Virus record (IMG/VR): IMGVR_UViG_3300036795_000069
Coordinates: 1-51,570 of that record
Source of the DNA: a virus
Lineage: Duplodnaviria > Caudoviricetes
Reading direction: 5' to 3' (one strand)
DNA: 51,570 nt
The notes under the pieces are model-generated. The model was not told the DNA's origin. It searched no databases and saw only the letters and a program-made list of their open reading frames with translations. The position numbers were made by a program, and so were the translations under genes. Shown here piece after piece: positions 36,198 to 43,827 of this stretch (within the stretch, counting starts at the first letter, position 1; each line of letters starts with the position of its first letter).

Positions 36198-37099
36198 GGC
36201 AGCATCGACATGAACTCGGCCTTCGCCGTCCGGTTGTGATCCGCGAACACTCCCCTCATGCAGCTCGTCGTGGTCAGCGCTCCCGGCATTCCCACACCGC
36301 GCATCGCCATACATAGGTGCTCACCCTTCATGACGACAGCGATACCTCTGGGAGCCAACTTCTCCTCGAGGAAGTCGGCAATGGCAACCGTGAGGTTCTC
36401 CTGCACCCACAGTCCCTTGCTGATGTTCTTCACTGCGCGGGCGAACTTGCTCAGGCCCGCAATGCGTCTTTCAGGTACATAGGCGACGTGCGCCATACCG
36501 AAGAACGGAACTACGTGGTGGTTGCACAGAGCGTAGAACGGCATGTCCTGAACGACAACCATCTCGTCGATGTGTTCGGTATTCTCGAACGTAGTGAACT
36601 TGTACTCTTCGGGTGTCGTCATCTCACGAAGCATCGTGGCGAATCGCTTAGGCGTATCCTGCCCGTGCTCAGAGTTCACATCTAGCCCTGTGGTGTTATG
36701 CAGTAGGGCCCGCGCGAGGTCTATATCGCTGTCTGACAACACGAGTCGTGGGTGAGTGCCTCGCCCCATTTCCTTCAGGTCTACCTCTCGCTGCATGGCT
36801 GGCGTCAGAGGGTTGTTGTACCAGTGAGGTCCCTGTTCGCCTACAGTTGGATATGTGTTCTTGACATAGCTGAGGCCTGCCTTGGTGTTCTCCTCCTCTT
36901 TACTGTCGAACAAGTCCTCGAACTCCTCGGCGTTGTTCTCGTCAGTAATGCTAGTATGAGGAGGCTGACAACCATCACCGACGTAGTGTGTAGCGTCTCT
37001 GACTGGTGCATTGTTCACACGATCGACAACGTCTTTGTTCTTGTCGAACCACTCGTCAACAGGCATCCCCACAGGCTTCTCGGGGTTCTGTCCGGGCAT
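36194..37099 (-). CDS. folE: GTP cyclohydrolase I with an N-terminal extension
   Basis: TPKRF, CNHHVVPFFG, GLSKFAR, VQENLT and HLCMAMRGV motifs. Confidence 0.95.
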   Translation of the reverse strand: MPGQNPEKPVGMPVDEWFDKNKDVVDRVNNAPVRDATHYVGDGCQPPHTSITDENNAEEFEDLFDSKEEENTKAGLSYVKNTYPTVGEQGPHWYNNPLTPAMQREVDLKEMGRGTHPRLVLSDSDIDLARALLHNTTGLDVNSEHGQDTPKRFATMLREMTTPEEYKFTTFENTEHIDEMVVVQDMPFYALCNHHVVPFFGMAHVAYVPERRIAGLSKFARAVKNISKGLWVQENLTVAIADFLEEKLAPRGIAVVMKGEHLCMAMRGVGMPGALTTTSCMRGVFADHNRTAKAEFMSMLP

Positions 37100-37100
37100 A

Positions 37101-37784
37101 TCAGATTCCTCTCTGCGTACGATCCCAGATGTAGTTGTGTACCTGAACATTCATCTTCCAAGGCATGCCTGACTTGACAAGCCACTCGGCGAGGACCTTC
37201 TCCTCCATCTTACCCCAGACCACGCCGACATAGGTGTCGATGTTGTTATACCGTGCAATGTACTTATCGTACAGTACCTCAGCCAGTTCTAGGTCGTCTT
37301 CATTTGCAACGACGAACTTGATGGCATGACGTCCAGAGGACTTACCCAACATGTCGACATTGTGATACCGCATCTCGTTGCTGCAGTCCTCGCCGCTGGA
37401 TGGGAGCTTCCAGTCCATGCAGAAGGTGATACGGTTCACAGCCCACTCAGGGTAGGCAAGAGTGCCGTTGGAGAAGCACTCGATGTTCTTGTCGTTCCAG
37501 AGCAAGTTGGTCAGCATCTCCAGCTCGCGTGTCGACTGGAGGAATGGCTCGCCACCTGTGAAGCAGACGTTGTTCACCTGGAATGTCTGAATCTCGTCAT
37601 GAAGCTCTGCCACCGTGACCTTGCGCCATTCGTTTCGATAGATTTTCGGGTCGACAGCATAAGGGGTATCACAAGGCCAGCCAGGGCAACGCAGGTTACA
37701 GCCACCAAACCGAACGAATAAAGTAGGCGAGCCCACATTGAGGCCCTCTCCTTGTATCGAAGGGTAGAGCTCGGATAGACGCAT
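37101..37784 (-). CDS. queE: 7-carboxy-7-deazaguanine synthase (radical SAM)
   Basis: SIQGEG, FVRFGGCNLRCPGWPCDT, TGGEP and QVH motifs. Confidence 0.95.
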   Translation of the reverse strand: MRLSELYPSIQGEGLNVGSPTLFVRFGGCNLRCPGWPCDTPYAVDPKIYRNEWRKVTVAELHDEIQTFQVNNVCFTGGEPFLQSTRELEMLTNLLWNDKNIECFSNGTLAYPEWAVNRITFCMDWKLPSSGEDCSNEMRYHNVDMLGKSSGRHAIKFVVANEDDLELAEVLYDKYIARYNNIDTYVGVVWGKMEEKVLAEWLVKSGMPWKMNVQVHNYIWDRTQRGI

Positions 37785-37786
37785 AT

Positions 37787-37897
37787 CTATTCCTTCCACT
37801 TCTTCACCACAACGGAAACGCCCGCGGCGAGTACGAACAACACCACAGCAAGGATAAGGATTTGAACGATCCAAGTCCCGAATTCTGACCAAGCCAT
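37787..37897 (-). CDS. 36-aa single-TM membrane peptide
   Basis: AGGAG RBS; MAWSEFGTWIVQILILAVVLFVLAAGVSVVVKKWKE. Confidence 0.65.
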   Translation of the reverse strand: MAWSEFGTWIVQILILAVVLFVLAAGVSVVVKKWKE

Positions 37898-37905
37898 TAT
37901 AGCTC

Positions 37906-38376
37906 CTAGTCGTGACTGAACGAGGCTCCGTTGACTCGTGTCTCATCGACCTCGATGGAGAGACCGTAGACGAGTGGGTTCTTGTTGAAGTTGTCCCACA
38001 TCTCGGCGTAGACCCACAAGGCGATGTTCTCGGTCGTAGGATCCTGAGGCCACACGCGAAGACCGGGAAGCTTGCCACCTTCCCAAGGCTTGCCCTGTAA
38101 GGTCTCCTGAGGCTTGGCGAACACGAGATAGTCAGCCCACGGATCTAGAGCATTGAGGTGTAGGTGATGATCCCACGTGTCGTCGAGGTAGCTACGGAAC
38201 GTCTTCTTGACCGAGTGGAAGTCGAGTCCACCGAGGATGCCCTGATCGTTGAGCACTCCGGAGATCGTCAACTTCACTTGCATGCCATGTCCGTGAATCT
38301 GCTGGCACTTACCTGGCAGGTTCATCAGGCGATGAGCGATCTCGATGTTGTGTCGAAGAATGATGCTACTGGGCAT
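37906..38376 (-). CDS. queD: 6-carboxytetrahydropterin synthase
   Basis: AHRL, KCQQIHGH, WDH..LN, PTTENIA and ET motifs. Confidence 0.93.
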   Translation of the reverse strand: MPSSIILRHNIEIAHRLMNLPGKCQQIHGHGMQVKLTISGVLNDQGILGGLDFHSVKKTFRSYLDDTWDHHLHLNALDPWADYLVFAKPQETLQGKPWEGGKLPGLRVWPQDPTTENIALWVYAEMWDNFNKNPLVYGLSIEVDETRVNGASFSHD

Positions 38377-39151
38377 TGACTGCGGTCCTCCAGTACTCGG
38401 GCGACTCATACTCGGTCGGATCTGCAACACCTGCGAGTGCGAATGCTTCGGCGCGTTCAACACATGTGCCGCATCGACCACAGTGGATAGCCGTCCCGTT
38501 GTAGCAGCTCCATGTGTTCTTGAACGGGACATTCAGCTCACGACCTTCCGAAACGATGTCGGCTTTGGTCCTATACAGGAAGGGTGTGTAGATAACGAAG
38601 TCAGGACGGATAAAGCCTTCGTTCGCCGTGATGAGCAGCTCTTGCAGGCGGTTCACGAAATCAGGACGACAGTCAGGGTAAACGAAGTGGTCACCAGCAT
38701 GAATGCCCAGAGCCAAGATGTTCGCCCCCTCGGATACCGCAAGACCCGCAGCGATATTCGACATGATAGCATTGCGATTAGGAACCACAGTTGCGGCCAT
38801 ATTGCTTGCTGCATAGTTCCCCTCCGGCACTTCGCGAGAGTGATCCGTGAGGACAGAGGCCTTCAAGAGGCTGGTGATGCTCGTGATGTCCACGATGGTG
38901 TGGGCAATGTTGAGGAGGTCGCACGTGAGTCGGGCGTACTTCAGTTCTTTCTTGTGTCGCTGTCCGTAGTCGAACGATACTGCGTGGACCTGCTTCGACG
39001 GGTCGATAATGCTGTCGTTGCTGAGCACGTCGTAGAGGAGGACAGTTGAGTCCAAGCCTCCCGACATAACGACAATGGCCTTCTGACTCTTGCGACGCTC
39101 CTCCAATGAAGGAAGACCTGCAGCAAGTTCAGCCTGGGTTGCCTGGGACAT
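38366..39151 (-). CDS. queC: 7-cyano-7-deazaguanine (preQ0) synthase
   Basis: SGGLDS, YGQRH, VPNRN, YPDCR and TWSCY..CGRCGTC; no GAT domain. Confidence 0.97.
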   Translation of the reverse strand: MSQATQAELAAGLPSLEERRKSQKAIVVMSGGLDSTVLLYDVLSNDSIIDPSKQVHAVSFDYGQRHKKELKYARLTCDLLNIAHTIVDITSITSLLKASVLTDHSREVPEGNYAASNMAATVVPNRNAIMSNIAAGLAVSEGANILALGIHAGDHFVYPDCRPDFVNRLQELLITANEGFIRPDFVIYTPFLYRTKADIVSEGRELNVPFKNTWSCYNGTAIHCGRCGTCVERAEAFALAGVADPTEYESPEYWRTAVNAQ

Positions 39152-41372
39152 GGATGCTCCTACTGAATAGTTGTTCGGTTCGGCCTGACTTCTGTCGGCT
39201 GATGAGTCCACGCTGCTCTAGTGTCAGGAAGACTTGATCTGCTTCCCGAGCCGAGAGGTGATAGGCTTGCATCAAGTACGATCGCTTGACACCGTTCTTG
39301 TTCCTGATGGCTCGGTAGATGGTGTCGAGTTGTTTCTCACCCGTCGACCTACCGAGGTTGTTCATGACATCGATCACGTAGGTGCGCCAGCCACGCATGT
39401 AGTAGATGGCATGAAGGATGTCTTGCATCTCGATGGTGATCTTCGAGTCACGTTGTCGAGATGTAGCCATGAGCAATGCTGCCTTCAGTGTCGACTTAGA
39501 GAGCCTGTCGAATGTAGGTGTCATGTGCTCAGGGTTCATACTACGCATCCCGAAGTCAAGCATGTCCGCTTCAAGCTTGTTGTAACGGTACCACGCATCG
39601 GGTGTCATTGTTGCGTTCCACTCACGTGGAGAGTTCTGTTCGATCTTCTGACCGGCAATAGTGATCGTTGCCTGTGTCTGGTAGTGAGCAACGAGGTCTT
39701 GCATCTCGTCCTTGATTGCCTTCTTATTGCCTAGGTTGATCTCTGTGGGAGGACCTAGTGGCTTGAGCTTGCTTACGTCTGACTCTGCCGTGATGAAGAT
39801 GAATCGGGGCATGAAGCCTGACGAGACTTGCTCCGACGTAAGAAGGTCTTGGATCTTGGTGCGAATACCACCCGCAAACACAATGAGACGAGGGTCGCGT
39901 ACTTCGATCGTCTCTTTCCGGAGGACCCGCTTCTGCATTTTGCCATCATACAGTTTGGTGAGGAGTTCTGGCATGCCAGCGTAATAGTCCCGCTTGGTGA
40001 TCTGTTCAAGCAGTCCGGAGAACTCATCACGCAGGAAGACAGAAGGTCGTCCAGGACGCGTTGATAGGCCGCCCAGAAGTCCTTCGATGCTGCCGTCAGT
40101 GGCGAGAACGATGTCATCATCAACCTCCATAATGAGGTCCATCGCGATGTCCATAGCTGTAGTCTTCCTGGTCAACGTTGTATCGGCCAGGATCATGAAC
40201 CACAGGTTTGGGTACACAGTTCCGAATGATGTAGGTAGGCGAACGTTGCCACAGAGAAGAGAGGCCAGGATCGTGAAAGCTCCCGCCTGATGGTACTGCT
40301 TCGCTGCGTCGCCCAGCCCGCCTGCCCACTCTATGTACCTTTCTATGAACGTCGGATTGTCCTCTACGTACTGAATTTCCTCATCGGTAAGAAGAGGGAC
40401 AGCTGAGGCAGCCATTGCTTCTGGAATGGCTACACCACTATGCAATTCGTTGATGTCAAACGCCTTACAGACGTCACGCCAGAGGAACATCTTGTCTCTA
40501 CCATCACGTCTGTACTTGTTACACTTCGCCACGTCCGCTACGACGTATACCTCTTCACGTTTCATACCTGCTTCAAAGAGGCCTAGCAACATGCCCCAGA
40601 GCTTCTTCGACCAGTCTTCATCGGGCTGAGGCTCAATCTGAAAGGCGTTCCAGGTGATAGGATGTAACCTGTTGCGCCTCAGAGCCAGCAGTTCGTCGGC
40701 ATCCATCGTCGGAAGTTCTTCCGGGAATGGGATGTCCATGTACTTGAATGCCTGGATCTGCGGGTAGACGTCAAAGTCGGTAAGTCTGAACCTTGATCGA
40801 TTGACCGTGATCATATGAACTTCAGCCGGTGAGGTCTGACCCATCACCTTGCCGTACTTATGATTGTACGTTCCAGGTACACGAAGCAGCTGGGATAGAT
40901 CCCAACCACTTCGATCAGCACCATCCTGCACATGCTTGTAGGCAATGCGTCTGCTAACGTCTTCAGCCATCTCAGGATCAATGGCTGCCTCGAAGCACCA
41001 GAACGCCTGGAATCTATTAGGCGACGACTCAACGACGATGGAAGGGTTTACGTCTAGCTGTTCTGGTTGACACTCGTCGAGATCCGCCCAAGCGTTAGCA
41101 CATGCGAACACAAAGTCCTTTGTTCGCTTCTTCCCCTTAAGAAGCTGCGGACAAAAATAAACGTCTTCAGTAATGTACCAGCGATTCACGAAGGCGATCA
41201 TGTCATCTTCTTGATCTGGCCACTTGAAGAATTCTTCCTGGAACTGGTTGTCTTCCTTGTTGATGCTACGGAGTATCCGCGCTAGGCAGACGATCCCTTC
41301 GGTTGTTCCGAAGACGGACCTGAAGAAGACACGTCGGACTTCATTCGTCTGAGGAGAGACCACCACTGACAA
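39129..41372 (-). CDS. RepB-type primase fused to a helicase-like ATPase (DUF3987-like)
   Basis: WADLD, ESSPNRFQAFW, LLRVPGT.N.K; C-terminal RKTT and DEFSG..L.KLYDG. Confidence 0.85.
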   Translation of the reverse strand: MSVVVSPQTNEVRRVFFRSVFGTTEGIVCLARILRSINKEDNQFQEEFFKWPDQEDDMIAFVNRWYITEDVYFCPQLLKGKKRTKDFVFACANAWADLDECQPEQLDVNPSIVVESSPNRFQAFWCFEAAIDPEMAEDVSRRIAYKHVQDGADRSGWDLSQLLRVPGTYNHKYGKVMGQTSPAEVHMITVNRSRFRLTDFDVYPQIQAFKYMDIPFPEELPTMDADELLALRRNRLHPITWNAFQIEPQPDEDWSKKLWGMLLGLFEAGMKREEVYVVADVAKCNKYRRDGRDKMFLWRDVCKAFDINELHSGVAIPEAMAASAVPLLTDEEIQYVEDNPTFIERYIEWAGGLGDAAKQYHQAGAFTILASLLCGNVRLPTSFGTVYPNLWFMILADTTLTRKTTAMDIAMDLIMEVDDDIVLATDGSIEGLLGGLSTRPGRPSVFLRDEFSGLLEQITKRDYYAGMPELLTKLYDGKMQKRVLRKETIEVRDPRLIVFAGGIRTKIQDLLTSEQVSSGFMPRFIFITAESDVSKLKPLGPPTEINLGNKKAIKDEMQDLVAHYQTQATITIAGQKIEQNSPREWNATMTPDAWYRYNKLEADMLDFGMRSMNPEHMTPTFDRLSKSTLKAALLMATSRQRDSKITIEMQDILHAIYYMRGWRTYVIDVMNNLGRSTGEKQLDTIYRAIRNKNGVKRSYLMQAYHLSAREADQVFLTLEQRGLISRQKSGRTEQLFSRSIHVPGNPG

Positions 41373-41486
41373 GGCATTACTCCCCTCCCGCGTTTTGGCC
41401 TACTGATTCGTAATGGGGGCTAATCCTCGACAGGATGACTTAGCCGATGAAGGGCTTCTTTGCACATCGGTACCCCTGTGTACGAA

Positions 41487-41945
41487 CTACGGGAGGAGGC
41501 TGTTGCTGGCAACCACCGGAGCGCCAGCGGACTTCACACCGTCGATCGGGTAGTAGCTCTTGACCTCGTTCGACTCGTCGACCTCACGGCCATCGTCCAG
41601 CGTACGAGCGGGACGCTTGTTGACCTTGACAATCAGATCCTTGCCGATGAGGTCGTCGAGCTCGAACTCCATCTCGCCCTCGGCGTCGTAGCCGACGGCC
41701 TGCAGGATGCCCTTGATGCTGAACAGGGCGTGGGGAAGCAACGAAGCCATCCCGAACACCTTGCGGTTGTTGTAGTCGCCCTCCTGAACGGTGTACTCGA
41801 AGTTGATGTAGTCCGAGCCAGGGTTCTTCGAGGCAGGTCCCGACTGCTTGATCTCGGCGTCGGTGATCTTGACGTGGTACTTGCCCGTGGGAATCGGGTC
41901 GAAGTTACGGACTTCTACGTCGGTGAAATTAACCTTGAGCGGCAT
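41487..41945 (-). CDS. DUF669-like ssDNA-binding protein
   Basis: PIPTGKYHVKI and DLIGK...V motifs; next to the AAA recombinase. Confidence 0.8.
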   Translation of the reverse strand: MPLKVNFTDVEVRNFDPIPTGKYHVKITDAEIKQSGPASKNPGSDYINFEYTVQEGDYNNRKVFGMASLLPHALFSIKGILQAVGYDAEGEMEFELDDLIGKDLIVKVNKRPARTLDDGREVDESNEVKSYYPIDGVKSAGAPVVASNSLLP

Positions 41946-42790
41946 TACTCGTCTCCTTCAGACGTTGGCGCTGACGAAGTTGCAGCGACCAGTTTGGGGA
42001 TGATCAGGTCATGCAGCATGTGCATGGTTGGATCCTCGACGACCATAGGAAGTCGACCCGAGCGATCCTTTGCGACGTTGGCTTCCGTCGCTGCGGTCAG
42101 TAGCAACCGCTTGTACTGGATGTCGTCACCATCCCGAATCTGCTTGGCGTAGGCGTACACGACGATGTCCAGGAATGCGGCAACCTCGTCTGCCAGCTTG
42201 CCACTGAGTGCAGGCTTCTTCTCCTGAACACCAGTGCGGGGATTCTTGTCGCTCTTGACCAAAGCGGTAAAGATCGTGTTCATGTCGAGATCACGAAAGC
42301 CTCGAACAAGTCGACGACACTGTTCGATGTTCTTTCCCCACTCTCGCATGCCAGGGACATCTGGATCCGCCTCTGGCTTCATACGTGCCAAGTCGGTCAT
42401 GATGTTGCCCATGGAGAACTTCTGCGTCTCGGTCAGACTGTCGATGATGACCGTCTGATAGGGATGCCTACCGCTGTGTAGCTGGTCGTATACGGACTGC
42501 AACTCCTTCCACGACTTGACACGAACTACCTTACATTCAGGGTAGCTGTGCGAGAGGGACATTGTTCCACCCTCGACATCGATGACGATGACAGGTCGCA
42601 TCTCGGGCACAGCATCTGCTGACCCAGCTAGGGTGGTCTTTCCTACTCCGCTGTCTCCGTAGATCAGGATGTTCAGGAACTCCATCTTCTCCTTGGCGGA
42701 AACAACCTTCAACCCTGCCAGGTTTTCAGGAGATATGGTTTCCGAAAACACGACAGGGTTTGTTGGAGCAACCATTGTTTCACCTCCCAT
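41945..42790 (-). CDS. AAA_24/Sak4-like ATPase recombinase
   Basis: YGDSGVGKTT, IDVEGG, IIDSLT and AKDRSG motifs. Confidence 0.88.
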   Translation of the reverse strand: MGGETMVAPTNPVVFSETISPENLAGLKVVSAKEKMEFLNILIYGDSGVGKTTLAGSADAVPEMRPVIVIDVEGGTMSLSHSYPECKVVRVKSWKELQSVYDQLHSGRHPYQTVIIDSLTETQKFSMGNIMTDLARMKPEADPDVPGMREWGKNIEQCRRLVRGFRDLDMNTIFTALVKSDKNPRTGVQEKKPALSGKLADEVAAFLDIVVYAYAKQIRDGDDIQYKRLLLTAATEANVAKDRSGRLPMVVEDPTMHMLHDLIIPKLVAATSSAPTSEGDE

Positions 42791-42801
42791 CTAAATGGTT
42801 G

Positions 42802-42894
42802 TGGACTCACCCGGAGTCGAACCGGGATCTCTACACGCTGCAAGCTGGGGGTCTAGCTGGCTGTGTAGGCTCTTCCTATCTGAGCTATGAGTCC
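42802..42894 (-). ncRNA. tRNA-like RNA with an expanded 26-nt anticodon loop
   Basis: Acceptor GGACTCA/TGAGTCC; D-arm GCTC-AGATAGGAA-GAGC; stem TACAC/GTGTA; T-arm CCCGG-TTCGACT-CCGGG. Confidence 0.8.
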
Positions 42895-42989
42895 TAGGCT
42901 GAGCGGAGCCCGTACGGCATGTGGACAGGTTGTCCGCTCAGCTCTTCCTAGGTAGGTGTCCGCACAGAGCTACCGTTCGGAAGCTTGTG

Positions 42990-43670
42990 TTACTGGATGG
43001 CGATCGGGAAGGTCGCCGTCGCCTGACCATCAGCGGTCGTCACAGTTGCAGAGACCACCGCATCCGAGTTGGAGCTGAGTGCCTTGAACACGAACGTGTC
43101 ACCCTTGTCGGTGTGAGCGAAGTCCGTGTAGTCGAAGGACGCCTCTCCCGCACCCAGCGAGCTCTGCGTGGCACTGCCATCGCCATTGCTCACCAGGCTG
43201 AAGTCGTCAGGGTTCCACGACAACGTGATGGTCCCGTTGACCTGCGGGTTCGCCTGCATCGCCGTGACGGTCAGAGGCGCGTTGTCTCCGACAGCGACCG
43301 AGGTAACTGGAACGTTGTTCGTGGAGTCCCAACCCCAGCCGCCGCTTCCGCCGTTGCCCGAAGCTCCCGGCGCACCGTCGATGGCGAGTCCCTTGACGCT
43401 GGTGCGAACGCTCTCCTGAAGCGCATCGACACCTTCGCCCCAGTAGACCTTGTTGGCCCACGCGTTGCAGCCCGGGTACGTGTTGGTGCCATCGTACTCG
43501 TAGAAGCGACCACCGACCAGACCGTTCGTCGCTGGGTTGACACAGCCCCAGACGATCGGAGAGGTGGTGCTGGCGTGGATGGACTGTGATGCGTCAGCGG
43601 AACCCGTGAGACCGAAGGCGGTCAGGAATCCAGCTGCTGCGATACTGCCAAGAATTTTCTTGCCGTGCAT
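42990..43670 (-). CDS. Secreted or surface protein with a Sec signal peptide
   Basis: MHGKKILG...GSADA signal peptide; Cys pair; Gly-rich linker; beta-rich C-domain. Confidence 0.8.
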   Translation of the reverse strand: MHGKKILGSIAAAGFLTAFGLTGSADASQSIHASTTSPIVWGCVNPATNGLVGGRFYEYDGTNTYPGCNAWANKVYWGEGVDALQESVRTSVKGLAIDGAPGASGNGGSGGWGWDSTNNVPVTSVAVGDNAPLTVTAMQANPQVNGTITLSWNPDDFSLVSNGDGSATQSSLGAGEASFDYTDFAHTDKGDTFVFKALSSNSDAVVSATVTTADGQATATFPIAIQ

Positions 43671-43827
43671 TGTACCCTCCCAGGTATGTTTTTAGCTTGT
43701 CGCGCCTGTGGTGTTTTGTCAGAGCGTGCCCCATGCACCTGACGTGTCTCGACCCGTAACATTCTCTGGTCCTATACTCGAGACGCCCCACGTGTCCTGG
43801 ACTAGACCCAGGTGAATCCATCACGCG

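Noticed and set aside
34401-39151. Queuosine tRNA-modification pathway as an auxiliary metabolic module
   Set aside because: There is no queF, queA or queG, the TGT-fold protein lacks the Zn-binding tRNA-TGT C-terminus, and the context is DNA replication.
41460-41500. preQ1-I riboswitch near GTTCGTAC
   Set aside because: No P1 stem with a following A-rich tail matching the consensus is present.
42802-42894. Canonical decoding tRNA (Ala-TGC, Cys-GCA or Ser-AGA)
   Set aside because: There is no 7-nt anticodon loop, and it lacks G3:U70 (Ala), U73 (Cys) and a long variable arm (Ser).
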